Assembly (NCBI RefSeq): GCF_963676685.1
Contig: NC_092347.1
Location: forward strand, 55,118,001-55,182,000
Reading direction: 5' to 3'
Length of the DNA stretch: 64,000 bases
Source of the DNA: Mytilus edulis
Taxonomy: Eukaryota
Shown: piece after piece, positions 14,051 through 25,955 of the stretch
How the letters are laid out: every line of letters begins with the position of its first letter
Numbering within the stretch: position 1 is the first letter of the stretch
Translations under genes and position numbers: made by a program
Notes under the pieces: generated by a model
What the model saw: the letters and a program-made list of their open reading frames with translations, nothing else
Told to the model about the DNA's origin: nothing
Databases searched by the model: none

Positions 14051-15055
14051 ACTTTTAGACATCTCATTTTACATTCTCACTTTAATTTTTTTTAATTATG
14101 GCTATATTGACACTAGTTTGTTCATTCTGGAAGTCAAAACATCCCAAATGGGAAAAATAATTATTTATAAACTTAAAATAAAGTAAGAATTGCGACTGGA
14201 TCGTTTTGTTGGTAATATTTTCTCACGTATTGTCATACAATAACAATGACGAAAATTCTATAAATAAACTATTAAATTAATTGTTAATAATTATGTCACC
14301 CTCAACGCCCGGAGAGTTGGGGTGACATATTGTGATTCTGCGATTCTTTTTTCTAAATAATTTGACGATATCTGAATTTAAAATCATTAAATTTTCATAC
14401 AATGTAGATATCGACTATATATAGGCTTTGGATGATTTTAACAAACATCGGAAATAGAGTATACTGCCATTGAACTAGAGCAAATATCAAAATTTCAAAA
14501 TGCTCCAAATGTAATGAAACTTCACAGAAATGTTGACTGGCATGTATAGATGGGGCATTTGGATATGGAATAATAGCAGCGGGTACATGGAAACAGCAAA
14601 AATGTGAAAACATTTCAAATACCCTAAACTTATGTCATCAGGGTCTCTTCGGGCACTCCGTCTTCAATGATCCACATTTAAAACTGACAATCATGAAATA
14701 GCACATTAGTGCTGAAAGTGACGTTAAACACCAACCATAAAGGATTTTGAATCCGTCAATTACTTTAGATATATAAATTGTAGATGTTTTTTTCCTCAAA
14801 GCGGTTTCGTGAAACAGCTACTTAAAGTCAATGTCAGCTGAACTTTTCTTGCGACATTAATGTGTATTACATGTTTGTGAGATATGGGAAGATCTGGTAT
14901 GAGTGCCAATGAAAAAAACTCTCGATCCAAGTCACAATTTATAAAAGTAAACCATTACAGATCAAGGTGCGGTCTTCAGTACGGAGCATAGGTTCACACC
15001 GAACAGCAAGATATAAATTGCCCCCAAAACTACAAGTGTAAAACCATTCAAACTG

Positions 15056-15189
15056 CATAGGCGGATCCAGGGGGGCCTGGGGGGCACGCTCCCCTTTCGT
15101 AGGATAAATTTGGTTGATTATATAGGGAATCAATGAAGCATGACTGGAGAGGGCCCCCCTTAGGAAACTGAGTTCTGGATCCGCCACTG
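15056..15189. mobile_element. short TIR MITE (CATAGGCGGATCCAG...CTGGATCCGCCACTG) nested in a dispersed repeat
   Basis: Terminal inverted repeats; AACTG is duplicated on both sides. A related copy lies at 49274-49392. Confidence 0.65.
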
Positions 15190-15332
15190 AACTGGAAAAA
15201 TAACGGTCTAATCTATATAAAAAACGAGAAACGAGAAACACATATGAACTACATAAACAGACGACAACCACTGAACATCAGATTCCATTTTTATTTGTAT
15301 GATAGAAAGTATAAGAATTACGTGGCTTAATA

Positions 15333-15650
15333 TAAAAAAGAAGATGTGGTATGATTGCCAATGAGACAACTATCCACAAAAGACCAAAATGATACGGACA
15401 TAAACAACTATAGGTCACCGTACGGCCTTCAATAATAAGCAAAGCCCATACCACATAGTGAGCTATAAAAGGCCCCGATAAGACAATGTAAAACAATTCA
15501 AACGAGAAAACTAACGGCCTTATTTATATATAAAAAAAAAAAAAACGAAAAACAAATATGTAACACATATTAAAACAAACGACAACCACTGAATTGCAGA
15601 CTCCTGACTTGGGACAGGCACATACATAAATAATGTGGCGGGGTTAAAAA
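15333..15650 (+). repeat. dispersed repeat family (AAGAAGATGTGGTATGATTGCCAATGAGACAAC...)
   Basis: The same head occurs at about 48100, 54620 and 59821. Reverse copies at about 10960-11060, 37090-37290 and 60480-60520. Confidence 0.75.
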
Positions 15651-17029
15651 GTTATATTTCATAAAAATCCATGGGATCGCCCATTATCGTTTTCGATACT
15701 TAAATTCGCCCATGCGTTTTATTAAACGTTGTTTTACTAAATATTAGTATGCATTCATATCAATGTTTAATAAATTGTACCGATTTTTTTTTATTAAGCA
15801 ATAAAATCGTAAAGGGAGGAAATAATGTATTCTGCTTAACGTATTAAGTTATTATTTCACTCCGTTGGGAATTTCTCCACTTCATTGACGATTTTCTATC
15901 CAGGTACTAAAGCTCTGTTATATTTAAACGCACGACTGATAACAATTCCGCATGCATTACCCTCGATAGAAAATGGTTTTTGATGATTATTAAAGACCAT
16001 ATATATTACATTCTCCGTTCGCAGACAGTGCATTTTCCTAATTAATATCTTGCATTATTAATTAGTTTCAATGACAGAACTGGATTTATGTGACTGAACC
16101 AGCATGTGTCAACGATGTATGTTTTTTTAACAATAGAGAACATTTCCGACGTTTAATTAAAATCATTCTCATCTACTGCTATTATGATATACATAGATTT
16201 AAAATGAAATGAGTTAGTTTCTTAAAATGTCCTTTACCAAGTTAGGAATATGGCAGTTGTCATCAAATAGTTTGTTTCTATGTATGTTGCATTGGCGTTT
16301 GTTTTTGTTGCACTTCAGTGTTTCTGTCCTTCCTTTTAAAGTTGATGTGTTTCCCACGGTTTAAGTTTGTAAGCAGGATGTGTTTTCTCTGAAACGATTT
16401 ATGACTTTGAAAAGCGGTACTACTGTTACCTTTATTGAGTGTACATTAGTTGTAGTTGTCATATAGATGACTGTTCCTTTTTGACAAACTTCCCAAATAC
16501 TGTGGACTCCAACATGGTCTTACACTAAACAAGTTAAAATGAAAATTAAAAAACGTATATTCGATCGACATATTTCAATGTTTTATAAAACACATTGACG
16601 CTCATAACTAATCGTATGATTCTGCTGTACCACATTTAACAAATTTTGCTTCACAAAGTATATGTCGTGTAACCTACCTGGTAGAATTTATTGCATTTAA
16701 GTATTAGTCTCGAGTGTTTCTGGTAGAGTTTATGGAAGATATTTTGTGTATGAACAAATTGACCTTGTATGTAGGTTGTGCATGTAATGATCGACCAGGA
16801 TGAAGTGCTGAAAATTTGGATAGTTACTGGAAAATGAGTTGTTGCCTTGTGGTGCGTATGGGATTATCTTCCAACTTCCAAAACACACGAGTCTACGTTT
16901 TTATACATCCAATGCTCCAACAGACACCCCATTTAAGCAAGGAGTTAGCTGACTAGATGGGAGCAGTGCATTTGACCATATTCTTTACATAACTTGAACC
17001 CTTGAAGTTTATACAGGATATTTTGAAGA

Positions 17030-17520
17030 CATTGACTGATTACATTATGATTCATCTTTATTTTTATTATGGACCACATAGTTATTACATTTGGGTGATG
17101 TCTTTTTTTCTTTCAATATGCATTCCTATGAGAACAAACTATGTTCATCATATCCTCAGCAGCTGGTTATTTTCTGTATGAGATAGACTTACAGCACTTG
17201 TCAGAAAAAATATAATTCTTTTACTTTATGTTCCACAGTTTTATGATGAAGTTCGTACACTGAACAGTTTGGTGTCTTAACTGGTTGCATAGAGTCCATT
17301 GAAACTCAAATAAACGATGCCGAAAATATACAGTTGGTCTGCTCAATGTGATGACTTACATCTTGAAATTGACGACGTGGGTTGGTAGAAAACTAAACTC
17401 AAGAACATTAGAGAAGATTTTAATTTTCTCACAGTGAGCTTTCCATTTATCTGTAGCAACATTCCAGTAGCACATTGATATGATAAATAAATTGATACGA
17501 TATTCTATGACTTTAAGTAC
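17030..17520 (+). pseudogene. degenerate Penelope-like element reverse transcriptase fragment
   Basis: FIMDHIVITFG and IPMRTNY (cf. GIPMGTNCAP), then DLHLEIDDVGW*KTKLKNIREDFNFLTVSFPFICSNIPVAH at 17353-17475. These match PLE RT C-terminal motifs. Stops and frameshifts are present. Confidence 0.75.
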
Positions 17521-18572
17521 ACAGGTGTGTTCCAGATATTTCATAAACGGTTAAATGATGATGGGTCTACCTTCCAAAACACATGAAGTCGGACCAGATA
17601 TAGAGAACGTCGTTTGGCTCGAATTTTACTTTTCTGTGGACTGGTTTATTAGTTGCTTTTTTTTTTATACCATAGTGTTGTTTGTCCTTCTTGTCCCAAT
17701 AGGGTTTTGTTTTCCTTGGTATCTTATTCCTTTGTATATACTTAATCTTTGTATTTGAATTATATTTTTTTCATAATTGAAACGATTTTGCCCCAGGATT
17801 TTGCGGATCAATACAGTGATATATATATATACAGATCCTACGTTTGATCAGAAAATCGATATATTTCGAATAGACAACCGGAAGTCGTTGAGTTTGAACA
17901 AATGTGACAGACAGCTGATTGATAAAAAGTCACGAATGTCTTATTCTACGAATGGGTTTTGAAGTTATGACGGATGTATTATCTAAATGAAAACCTTGGC
18001 ACAAATTTATAAATGCAGACATTGTCAATGTAATTATGAAAGTAAACACCAAATTATTAATTGCCATGTAGAAAATGTCAAAACTATGTGAAAATAAATA
18101 TTGGTTCGCGTGCTTTTATATGATACAATATTGCAGTCAATATTTTCAACTTGTTCATGGTGACCATTTGGCTTTTGGTGATATTAATTTATTATATAAA
18201 TTGTTTGTTTTAATTGTTTATTATGATGGGGGAAAAAAGAAGATACAAATTAAAGTTGCTTGTAAAAAAACCTTTGATCTTAAACAAAATACCATAACTT
18301 AGAAAAATGAATAAACTTTAAGATGTTTTGCATCAATTGTATTAGTCTAGGATATGAGTTGTTTTACACAATAATGCTAAAATAAATTGTATTGGTTGCT
18401 TGGCATATAATATAATGCCTTGCATAGGAAAATCAAGAGGTGTTGTTAATAACAGGGGAAAACGATTGAATCTAACAACTTTAAACAAAATAAAATAACG
18501 CTTTAGCAACGGTAGACGCTAATGCTCTTCAACTTCGTACTTTATTTGGCTTTTTTAACATTTTTTTTATTA

Positions 18573-18617
18573 GAGCGTCACTGATGAGTCTTTTTTAGAC
18601 GAAACGCGCGTCTGGCG
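18573..18617 (+). ncRNA. minimal type I hammerhead ribozyme
   Basis: GAGCGTCA-CTGATGA-GTCT(TTTTT)AGAC-GAAA-CGCGCG-TC-TGGCG. Intact CUGANGA/GAAA core; stem I CGUCA/UGGCG; palindromic stem III ACGCGCGU; predicted cleavage after GUC (18612). Confidence 0.85.
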
Positions 18618-19071
18618 TAGATATAAGATTTCAATCCTGGTATCTATGATGAGTTTATTTACAACCACTGGGTCGATGCCACTGCAGGTGGAGTTTTAAT
18701 TCCCCCGAGGCCAAGGTTTCACCAGCCAAATAGTCAGCACTTCTGTGTTGACTTAAGTTATCATTGATATGTTCATAATTATGAATTTACTGTTGAAAAA
18801 ACTTTGAATTTTTGAAATACTAGGGCTTTTCTACCTCAGGAATAAATTATCTTAGCTGTATTTGTCAAAACTTTTAGGAATATTTGTCCTCGATGCTCTT
18901 CAACTTCGTACTTTATTTGGCCGTTTTACATTTTTTGATTCGAGCGTCACTGACGAGTCTGACTACTGTGCTGGTGATACCCTCGGGGAATTAAGACTCC
19001 ACCAGCAGTGCCATCGACCCAGTGGTTATAAAAAAACTCATCATAGATACCAGGAATAAATTTTGTTTTTA

Positions 19072-19115
19072 CGCCAGACGCGCGTTTCGTCTACAAAAGA
19101 CTCATCAGTGACGCT
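19072..19115 (-). ncRNA. minimal type I hammerhead ribozyme (antisense to host gene)
   Basis: The reverse complement reads AGCGTCA-CTGATGA-GTCT(TTTGT)AGAC-GAAA-CGCGCG-TC-TGGCG; core intact. Confidence 0.85.
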
Positions 19116-20904
19116 AGAATAAAAACAAAATAAAAAAGGCCAAATAAATTACGATGTCACCATGAATGAAATTTTGAAATAAATTTTAATTTCAGAATGA
19201 CATGAGGTTGCTGTTAGCTGATCAAAATAACGTATTATAATGAAACATACATATTATGCAACTATTAGTTGACCTATCTAAGCTTGGATTATTTCACTTA
19301 ACTCACTAATGATGAATACCGTAGACCTATGGCTGCAGCTTGTTTATGTAAACAAGTATAACAAGCTTATTGGTTCAGGGGTTGAAGTCATAAAACTTTG
19401 CTCAGTGCTCGGAGCACAAAAATCATGCTCGAAACACGAAATCCAGCATTTTGATTGGTTGATTCTTGAGTCTGAGTACAAAAATCGTGCTCGAAAGTGT
19501 TATGACCGCAAGGCCAGGACAACTCCGTCTTACTTTTATTTACTCACAGGGACCATTATATTAACGAATTCGTCTTTCCTCTTTAGATCAAATGACTAAA
19601 TCATCAAATAAAAAAAGCATAGTTGATATGTATGAGCTATGCACTGAAGTATTTACATAAATTATGTGACGAAACACCATAATATTTAGAGGTCACATAA
19701 AAAAAACCCATGATGCTTAGGTGTTATACATACAAAACACTGTATTCGTTCACTGGAGACATTAGAAGTTTTGCTTTAATAGGCGAATGCTGTCTTGACG
19801 CTAATTATCGTTTCTTGCACTTAACAAAGGACAGTTCTTGAAACATTAAACATATGGTTTCACCATTTTTTCTGTCGAGTTAACATTTCTTATCAAATAA
19901 AAAGTTGCCAATTATTCTTAGACAAAGTAATGACTAGATTCCTATAAATAACAGACATTCACAAAGAATGCAATTATTTTATTTTGAAATATTTTTTATG
20001 TAAAATAACGTTGCAAACTTTGACTCTTCTGTCATTTTTTTTAAAGATTAGTTTGCAGTGTCTTAGTCTTTAAAATTTGTAATGCCATGGATCATTTACC
20101 GGAAATAGTCTGGATTTTAGTGATTGATATTCTTAAAGTTCTATCATAATTAGTCTAGTTCTATGTCACCGTTCTATGTACACTGCAATAGCAAAATCAA
20201 ACATCATTTAGTAAATTTGAGTCTGTTTTTACAATTTACAGTGCGTAAAGTTACTGATGAAATGATGAAACATGTATTTAGCTTAGCTGTCAATTGTCGA
20301 TTTTCTATTCATACTTTATTTTGATCTCTGATGACAATTTGATGCTTTAATTTTAAAATAAATTGAATACGCCAAAGTTAGGGTGAAATCTACATGAAAC
20401 ATATAGCGTAATGGTTTGAAGATATCAAGAGGACTTTAATATAAACAAGACTTGATAGGACAATACTCAGTACTTTTGTAAAATATATAGATTAACCGGC
20501 ATAAACCTTACAAGCATAAGGTGTAATCAGATGCTCCGGTAGGGTTGGGTACACTTGGTACTACTAGATTTGTTAATATTCGATATAAGTTTATGAAAGC
20601 CGATCATGTCAAAAACCCGATACATTTAACGCGATAAAATCACATTTAACGCGATAAATTCAGTTTTAACGCGTTTATATAATTTTTAACGCGATTTAAG
20701 CACAAAACTACAAAAAATGACCGAAAATACTTTCTTCTTTCGCCATAACAACGTTTTAAGGCGTCAGATTTTACTCGAAAATTACTAAATGAAATGGCCA
20801 CATGTGTCATAACTTTGTCAATTAACGCAATAAAGTTTATTAATTTTCAGCACATTTTTGTTATCATCGTCATTAATTATTTATCGCATTAAAATAAATA
20901 TTAA

Positions 20905-21220
20905 CGCGTAAAATGAAGGTTTAACGCGTTAAATGAAGGTTTAATGTGATAAAAGAGGGTATAACGCGTTAAAAGAAGGTTACCGCGTAAAAAGATAAGA
21001 AAAATACAACTTTAACGCGTGACAATAATTTTTAACGCGTTAAATGTATCTTTTTCGCGTTAAATGCAACTTTAACGCGTTAAATGCAACTTTAACGCGT
21101 TAAATGCAACTTTAACGCATTAAATGCAACTTTAACGCGTTAAAAGCGTTAAAAGCATTTTTAACGCGTTAAATGCATCTTTAACGCGTTAAATGCAACT
21201 TTAACGCGTTAAATGAATCT
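20905..21220. repeat. 20-bp minisatellite (TTTAACGCGTTAAATGCAAC)n
   Basis: Regular 20-nt period, clearest at 21031-21220. Most units carry the 14-bp palindrome TTTAACGCGTTAAA. Confidence 0.9.
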
Positions 21221-21635
21221 TTTAATTTAATTTCATTTAAGATTACTTTTCATTTGTATATATATGGACTGATCATGTTAATTAAAAGTCCATCTAGATT
21301 TACATTTGTCAACTTGTCTTTACGCTTTGTCTTAAATAAATTTTGTTTATATGTCAGGTTTGTCAGATACTTTACTTTTTTGCGTCTTTTGATGCCTGTA
21401 TCTAACATAAGGGTTTACCATAAACTTTGGTAGTTTGACGTATACTTACTTAAGTCTCTACAAGTGAAGTTTTTTTTTCTGTAGATGGTGTAAACATGAC
21501 ATATCTTTACTATACCTTTACTACATTTTGTACATCTATCAACCATACCTCTGTTAAACATTACAATCGGATATTGTTACACCGCTGTCAGTCAGATTAC
21601 CGAGGCATTTTTTGTTTTTCATTCGAGCGTCATTC

Positions 21636-21680
21636 GAGCGTCATTAATGAGTCTTTTGTAGACGAAACGCTCGTCTGGCG
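21636..21680 (+). ncRNA. degenerate hammerhead ribozyme remnant
   Basis: GAGCGTCA-TTAATGA-GTCTTTTGTAGAC-GAAA-CGCTCG-TC-TGGCG. The core CUGAUGA is mutated to UUAAUGA and the stem III palindrome is broken, so it is likely inactive. Confidence 0.65.
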
Positions 21681-23324
21681 CAAATACAAAATTTCGATCC
21701 TGGTATCTATTACGAATTAATCAGCTAGCAATCGCGTGTGAATTGAGAACATGTTCAAAACAACAGGCTATTAAGAGCATGCATCGAGCATCTAGTAAAC
21801 CATGCCCTATATTAATAAAATGAATCTGTTATTAATGCCCTACCTGTAAAGCTGAAATAATCTCTATGTCCGTCCGTTTCTCTGCCCGTTATTAGTCCTG
21901 AAATTTGTTCAAGGTTATGATTGTCTTTCTGATATTGTTTGATTGTAACCCCATTGTTTTATTTTGTATTTACATTGAGTGATAGATCAAACTTATTCGT
22001 GAAGTGATATGTCATTTGATTGAGTTAAGCCATTTCAGTTGATATTTTAAAGTGTGTCTTTCAACGTTGTGATATAACACTATTGTTTCAAGTTGGATTA
22101 AGGTTGGTGCCTATTAAAACGTTTCAACCCGCTGCATTTGTCCTAAGTCAGGTACCTGGTACCGTGGTTGTCGTTTGTTGATGTGCTTCATAAGTGTTTC
22201 TCTTTTTTTTATAGGTTAGACGTTGGCTTTTCTGTTTGAATGGTTTTACACTTATCTGTTTTGGAACCCTTTATACCTTGCTGATCAGTGTGAGCCAAGG
22301 TTACACGTTGAAGGCTGTAATTCATTCCCGGGTGTGGTAAAATGTTATCGTCTTCATTGGTCATCTTCATGTGTTTGTTGTGGTATGTTTTCATTTGCAG
22401 CACTTGTTTTTGATAGTAAATCGCGCAAAGCGATGCATTCAGAGTCCATGTTGTTCAAGATAACTGTTACAAATAGGACATTTGAGTTTGTATGGTTTTC
22501 AGTTAACACACAGTGTTTGCTATTTTGAAATCTGGTTAGTTAAAGAGAAAGGTTTAATCGTGAGAGGAAGACGCCATGTCATATCTTCCGTATTCTCCTC
22601 GTCTGTAATGTCCAGGACACCACGATACTACAAAAAATGCGAACAGATCATAGTAGTATTTTGTTAGTAACATTATTCCATAACTCCATCCATGATGTTT
22701 TAACGCGTTAAAGTAAGGTATTGTAGCAACGTAATTGTGTTGAATTTAACGCGTAAATGTGATTCATTATGACACATGTGGCCAGTGCGACGGGTATTTT
22801 ATCGCGATAAACGTCTTTTTTCCACCTGCGGGTTAAATCCCAAATTTGATAATTGTTAAAAGTTTAACGCGTTAAATATATTGATTTCTTTACAAGATTT
22901 TAACGCGTTAAAACTGTATTTATTATCGCGTTAAATGTTAACGCTTTATCGGGTTTTTGACATAATCGGCCTTTCATATAAGTTTTCCCCGAGAAAAAAA
23001 ATGACGTCCAAACAAATACAACCAAAAACGTGCAAACACATCGTACAGGCACAAAATGTATCGGAACAACTTTTTTATCATAACGTTCCTTGTGAAGGAT
23101 TAACATGAGAATTAAGAGCTCTAAAAGCAGTACCCTTTGCATCGTTCACCTTGACTAACCATCGAGGGTTTACATCATTGCTGGTAGACTGTTAGACTTC
23201 GATGGTCTCATTGGCAATTTTTCAGTGAATAAATTGATGTAATTTATTGAATTGTGAGATTTCTAAAAAAAAGAAGTTTAAAAGTATTTTTCACAAACTT
23301 AAACTTTAACATATCTTGCACTAT

Positions 23325-23935
23325 ACTGCCTTAGCTCATGTTCTTCTCATATATGTTATGATGGTATGATACTAAACCCCTAACGGGAAGGATTGTGCCT
23401 GATGTTCATATGATGAAATCATAATCTTTCAGTCAGTTTAATTGAAATCTGCAGCTGGCATGTCAGTTAACTGCTAGTAGTCTGTTGTTATTTATGTATT
23501 ATTGTCATTTTGTTTATTTTCTTTGGTTACATCTTCTGACATCAGACTCGGACTTCTCTTGAACTGAATTTCAATGTGCGTATTGTTATGCGTTTACTTT
23601 TCTACATTGGTTAGAGGTATAGGGGGAGGGTTGAGATCTCACAAACATGTTTAACCCCGCCGCATTTTTGCGCCTGTCCCAAGTCAGGAGCCTCTGGCCT
23701 TTGTTAGTCTTGTATTATTTTAATTTTAGTTTCTTGTGTACAATTTGGAAATTAGTATGGCGTTCATTATCACTGGACTAGTATATATTTGTTTAGGGGC
23801 CAGCTGAAGGACGACTCCGGGTGCGGGAATTTCTCGCTACATTGAAGACCTGTTGGTGACCCTCTGCTGTTGTTTTTTATTTGGTCGGGTTGTTGTCTCT
23901 TTGACACATTCCCCATTGCCATTCTCAATTTTATT
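23325..23935. repeat. dispersed repeat family ending ...GGTTGTTGTCTCTTTGACACATTCCCCATT.CCATTCTCAATTTTA
   Basis: Shorter copies at about 33990-34105, 34265-34320 and 37620-37960. Confidence 0.7.
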
Positions 23936-24160
23936 TATCTTATTCATTCTGTGTGTATTTAAAGATCATTGACTTTCTCGTTTTTTGAATTCACAAAGAC
24001 CAAAATGAATGAAATGGTACACTTTATCCTTTTCCTAATAAACAAAAAAGTTTTGAAAACAAAAATATTGCCATTAACATATTGTGCATCTAATAATTTA
24101 ATAACTGATTCTTCAATTTAGAAGTCACATACAATGTCTGCGTACCTTTTATAAAATTTA

Positions 24161-24549
24161 TAAAATTATAATCCTGGTACTTTTGATAACTATTTACACC
24201 ACTGGGTCGATGCCACTGCTGGTGGATATTTCGTCCCCGAGGGTATCAACAGCCCAGTAGTCAGCACTTCAGTGATGACATGAATATCAATTATATGGTC
24301 ATTTTTATAAATTTTCTGTCTACAAAACTTTGAATGTTTCGAAAAACTAGGGATTTTCTTACTCCAGGAGTAGATTACCTTAGCCTTATTTGGCACAACT
24401 TTTTGGTATTTTGGGTCCTCAATGCTCTTCAACTTTGTATTTGTTTGGCTTTTTTACTATTTTGATCTGAGCGTCACTGATGAGTCTTATGTAGACGAAA
24501 CGCGCGTCTGGCGTATAAAGTTATAATCCTGGTACTTTTGATAGCTATT
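24161..24549 (+). mobile_element. retrozyme-type repeat locus B: one 355-nt unit with terminal redundancy
   Basis: A ~34-nt direct repeat TAAA.TTATAATCCTGGTACTTTTGATA.CTATT occurs at 24161 and 24516 (period 355). Contains an intact hammerhead. Confidence 0.8.
24469..24513 (+). ncRNA. minimal type I hammerhead ribozyme
   Basis: GAGCGTCA-CTGATGA-GTCT(TATGT)AGAC-GAAA-CGCGCG-TC-TGGCG. Intact core; predicted cleavage after 24508. Confidence 0.85.
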
Positions 24550-25001
24550 ATAAGAGTTTTTAGTAAGACTTTTTGGAAATAAACATTCATTATCTGTTTT
24601 TAGAATTGAATTCTATTTCATTTCAAGTCGTATCGAAAAAAAGCAGTACTGTTACACAGAGGAAAGTCCTATAAAAGAAAGGTGAAAGGTACCAAAGGGT
24701 CATTCTTACTTATAAGCCGAAAATAAACTGTCAACGTCATAACCAAAAAAGAAAAGACAAACAGTACCCAAACACAACATGAAAAGTAAAGACTTATATA
24801 TCAACAGTTACACAAACCCCACCAGAATCTGGTTTTGGTTTTGTGTTTTTCGGAATAGTAAGCAGATTCTGCTTCACCTGTGACGACCGTCTTGTTGCTT
24901 ATATAAGTACAATCCCGGTGACAAGTCTAATTTGAATGGTCAAAATCAGGGAAAATATACATTTGTAAACTCGTTTATAGTTTATTTTCATTTCATTACA
25001 G

Positions 25002-25304
25002 ATACTGTTTTAGGACCAGACATTAACATTGCGCGTGAAAGTGTGCAAGTGCAAATAGGACGCAAAAAATTTCTAATCGGTGAATGCCACGTGCAAGGAG
25101 CTGCGCCATTAAACATAACTTGGATGAAAAGTGGAAAACTAATAATTGAAAATGAAAAATTCACTTTGGTTAAGATTATAACAGAACAAAATACAAATAC
25201 TCGTCAGCTGTGGATAAGAGAAATGGCGTTAGAAGATTATGGACAATATACTTGCTCCGCCACAAATTTGTACGGCACGAAGAAGAAAAATGTTTTTGTT
25301 AAAC
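25002..25304 (+). CDS. exon 2: immunoglobulin I-set domain
   Basis: TTACAG| acceptor and C|GTAAGT donor, phase 1-1, 303 nt. Encodes PDI...ECHVQGAAPLNITWMK...LWIREMALEDYGQYTCSATNLYG, with the canonical Ig Cys, Trp and DxGxYxC motif. Confidence 0.9.
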
Positions 25305-25955
25305 GTAAGTATTAAAATTACTTCGAGTATTGCCAAAAAATATTAGAAATAAATGTTTTCCAAATCGTCCCTTTAAATAAATTGAACGTCAATATTACTT
25401 GCAATTTAAATAATCCTAATAAAAGAACCTGAAATTGAGAAAAAAAATATACATGCTGGAATTTTGAAAATGAAACTTTGATGAACGGAAGTTCCGAACT
25501 GCTTTATCAAATTTTTATGAAATTTTCCAATCTGGAAAAGAAGCAGTATTGCTTTTATACTGCTACAATTCCTCTTTCGCAGATTTGGGAGATATCTTAA
25601 AAATGATGTCCTGAAGTATAAGGTACTTATTTTTTGTTATATAAATGGTATTTACATTTAATGTGTTAAATTAAATTTACATTTAATGTGAAAATTAAAT
25701 TCATATTTAATGTGTAAAATTAAATTTACATTTAATGTGTTGGTAAGACACAATTATTTGTTTATTAAGCATTAGATAGTAGTGTAAAAAGTAAACTTTT
25801 AAACTTTAAAGCAATTGCTCGTTTAACTGTATCACTGATTGGGACGAATTGCTTTATTTGGGCTCTTCCTTTTACACTCAGTAATTTATGTAATTCTACC
25901 TCTGTCAACCAGTACAAATACACGAGTTTCGACAATGGTGTATAATAGTGTCGTC

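Larger units (their letters stand above)
18521..19154. mobile_element. retrozyme/PLE-derived repeat locus A: ~1.2 tandem units (+) joined to an inverted partial unit (-)
   Basis: Hammerhead cores start at 18581 and 18950 (period 369 nt; the second is truncated after CTGACGAGTCT). 18961-19154 is the reverse complement of about 18535-18735. Confidence 0.8.
20593..22977. mobile_element. 2.4-kb non-autonomous TIR DNA transposon with 8-bp TSD and palindromic subterminal arrays
   Basis: TIR ATGAAAG(G)CCGAT(C/T)ATGTCAAAAACCCGATA at both ends. ATAAGTTT is duplicated at 20585-20592 and 22978-22985. Many TTAACGCG motifs lie near both ends; no transposase ORF. Confidence 0.8.

Noticed and set aside
20905-21220. 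Palindromic regular repeats resembling a CRISPR array
   Set aside because: Head-to-tail 20-bp units without unique spacers, in eukaryotic context with no cas genes.
24190-24432. 80-aa minus-strand ORF and its similar partner at 25765-26094
   Set aside because: Their similarity arises because both are antisense shadows of the retrozyme repeat. No protein motif or splice support.
24932-25315. 127-aa ORF as a stand-alone single-exon gene
   Set aside because: Starts at TTG within intronic sequence. The real unit is the internal exon 25002-25304, bounded by AG and GT.
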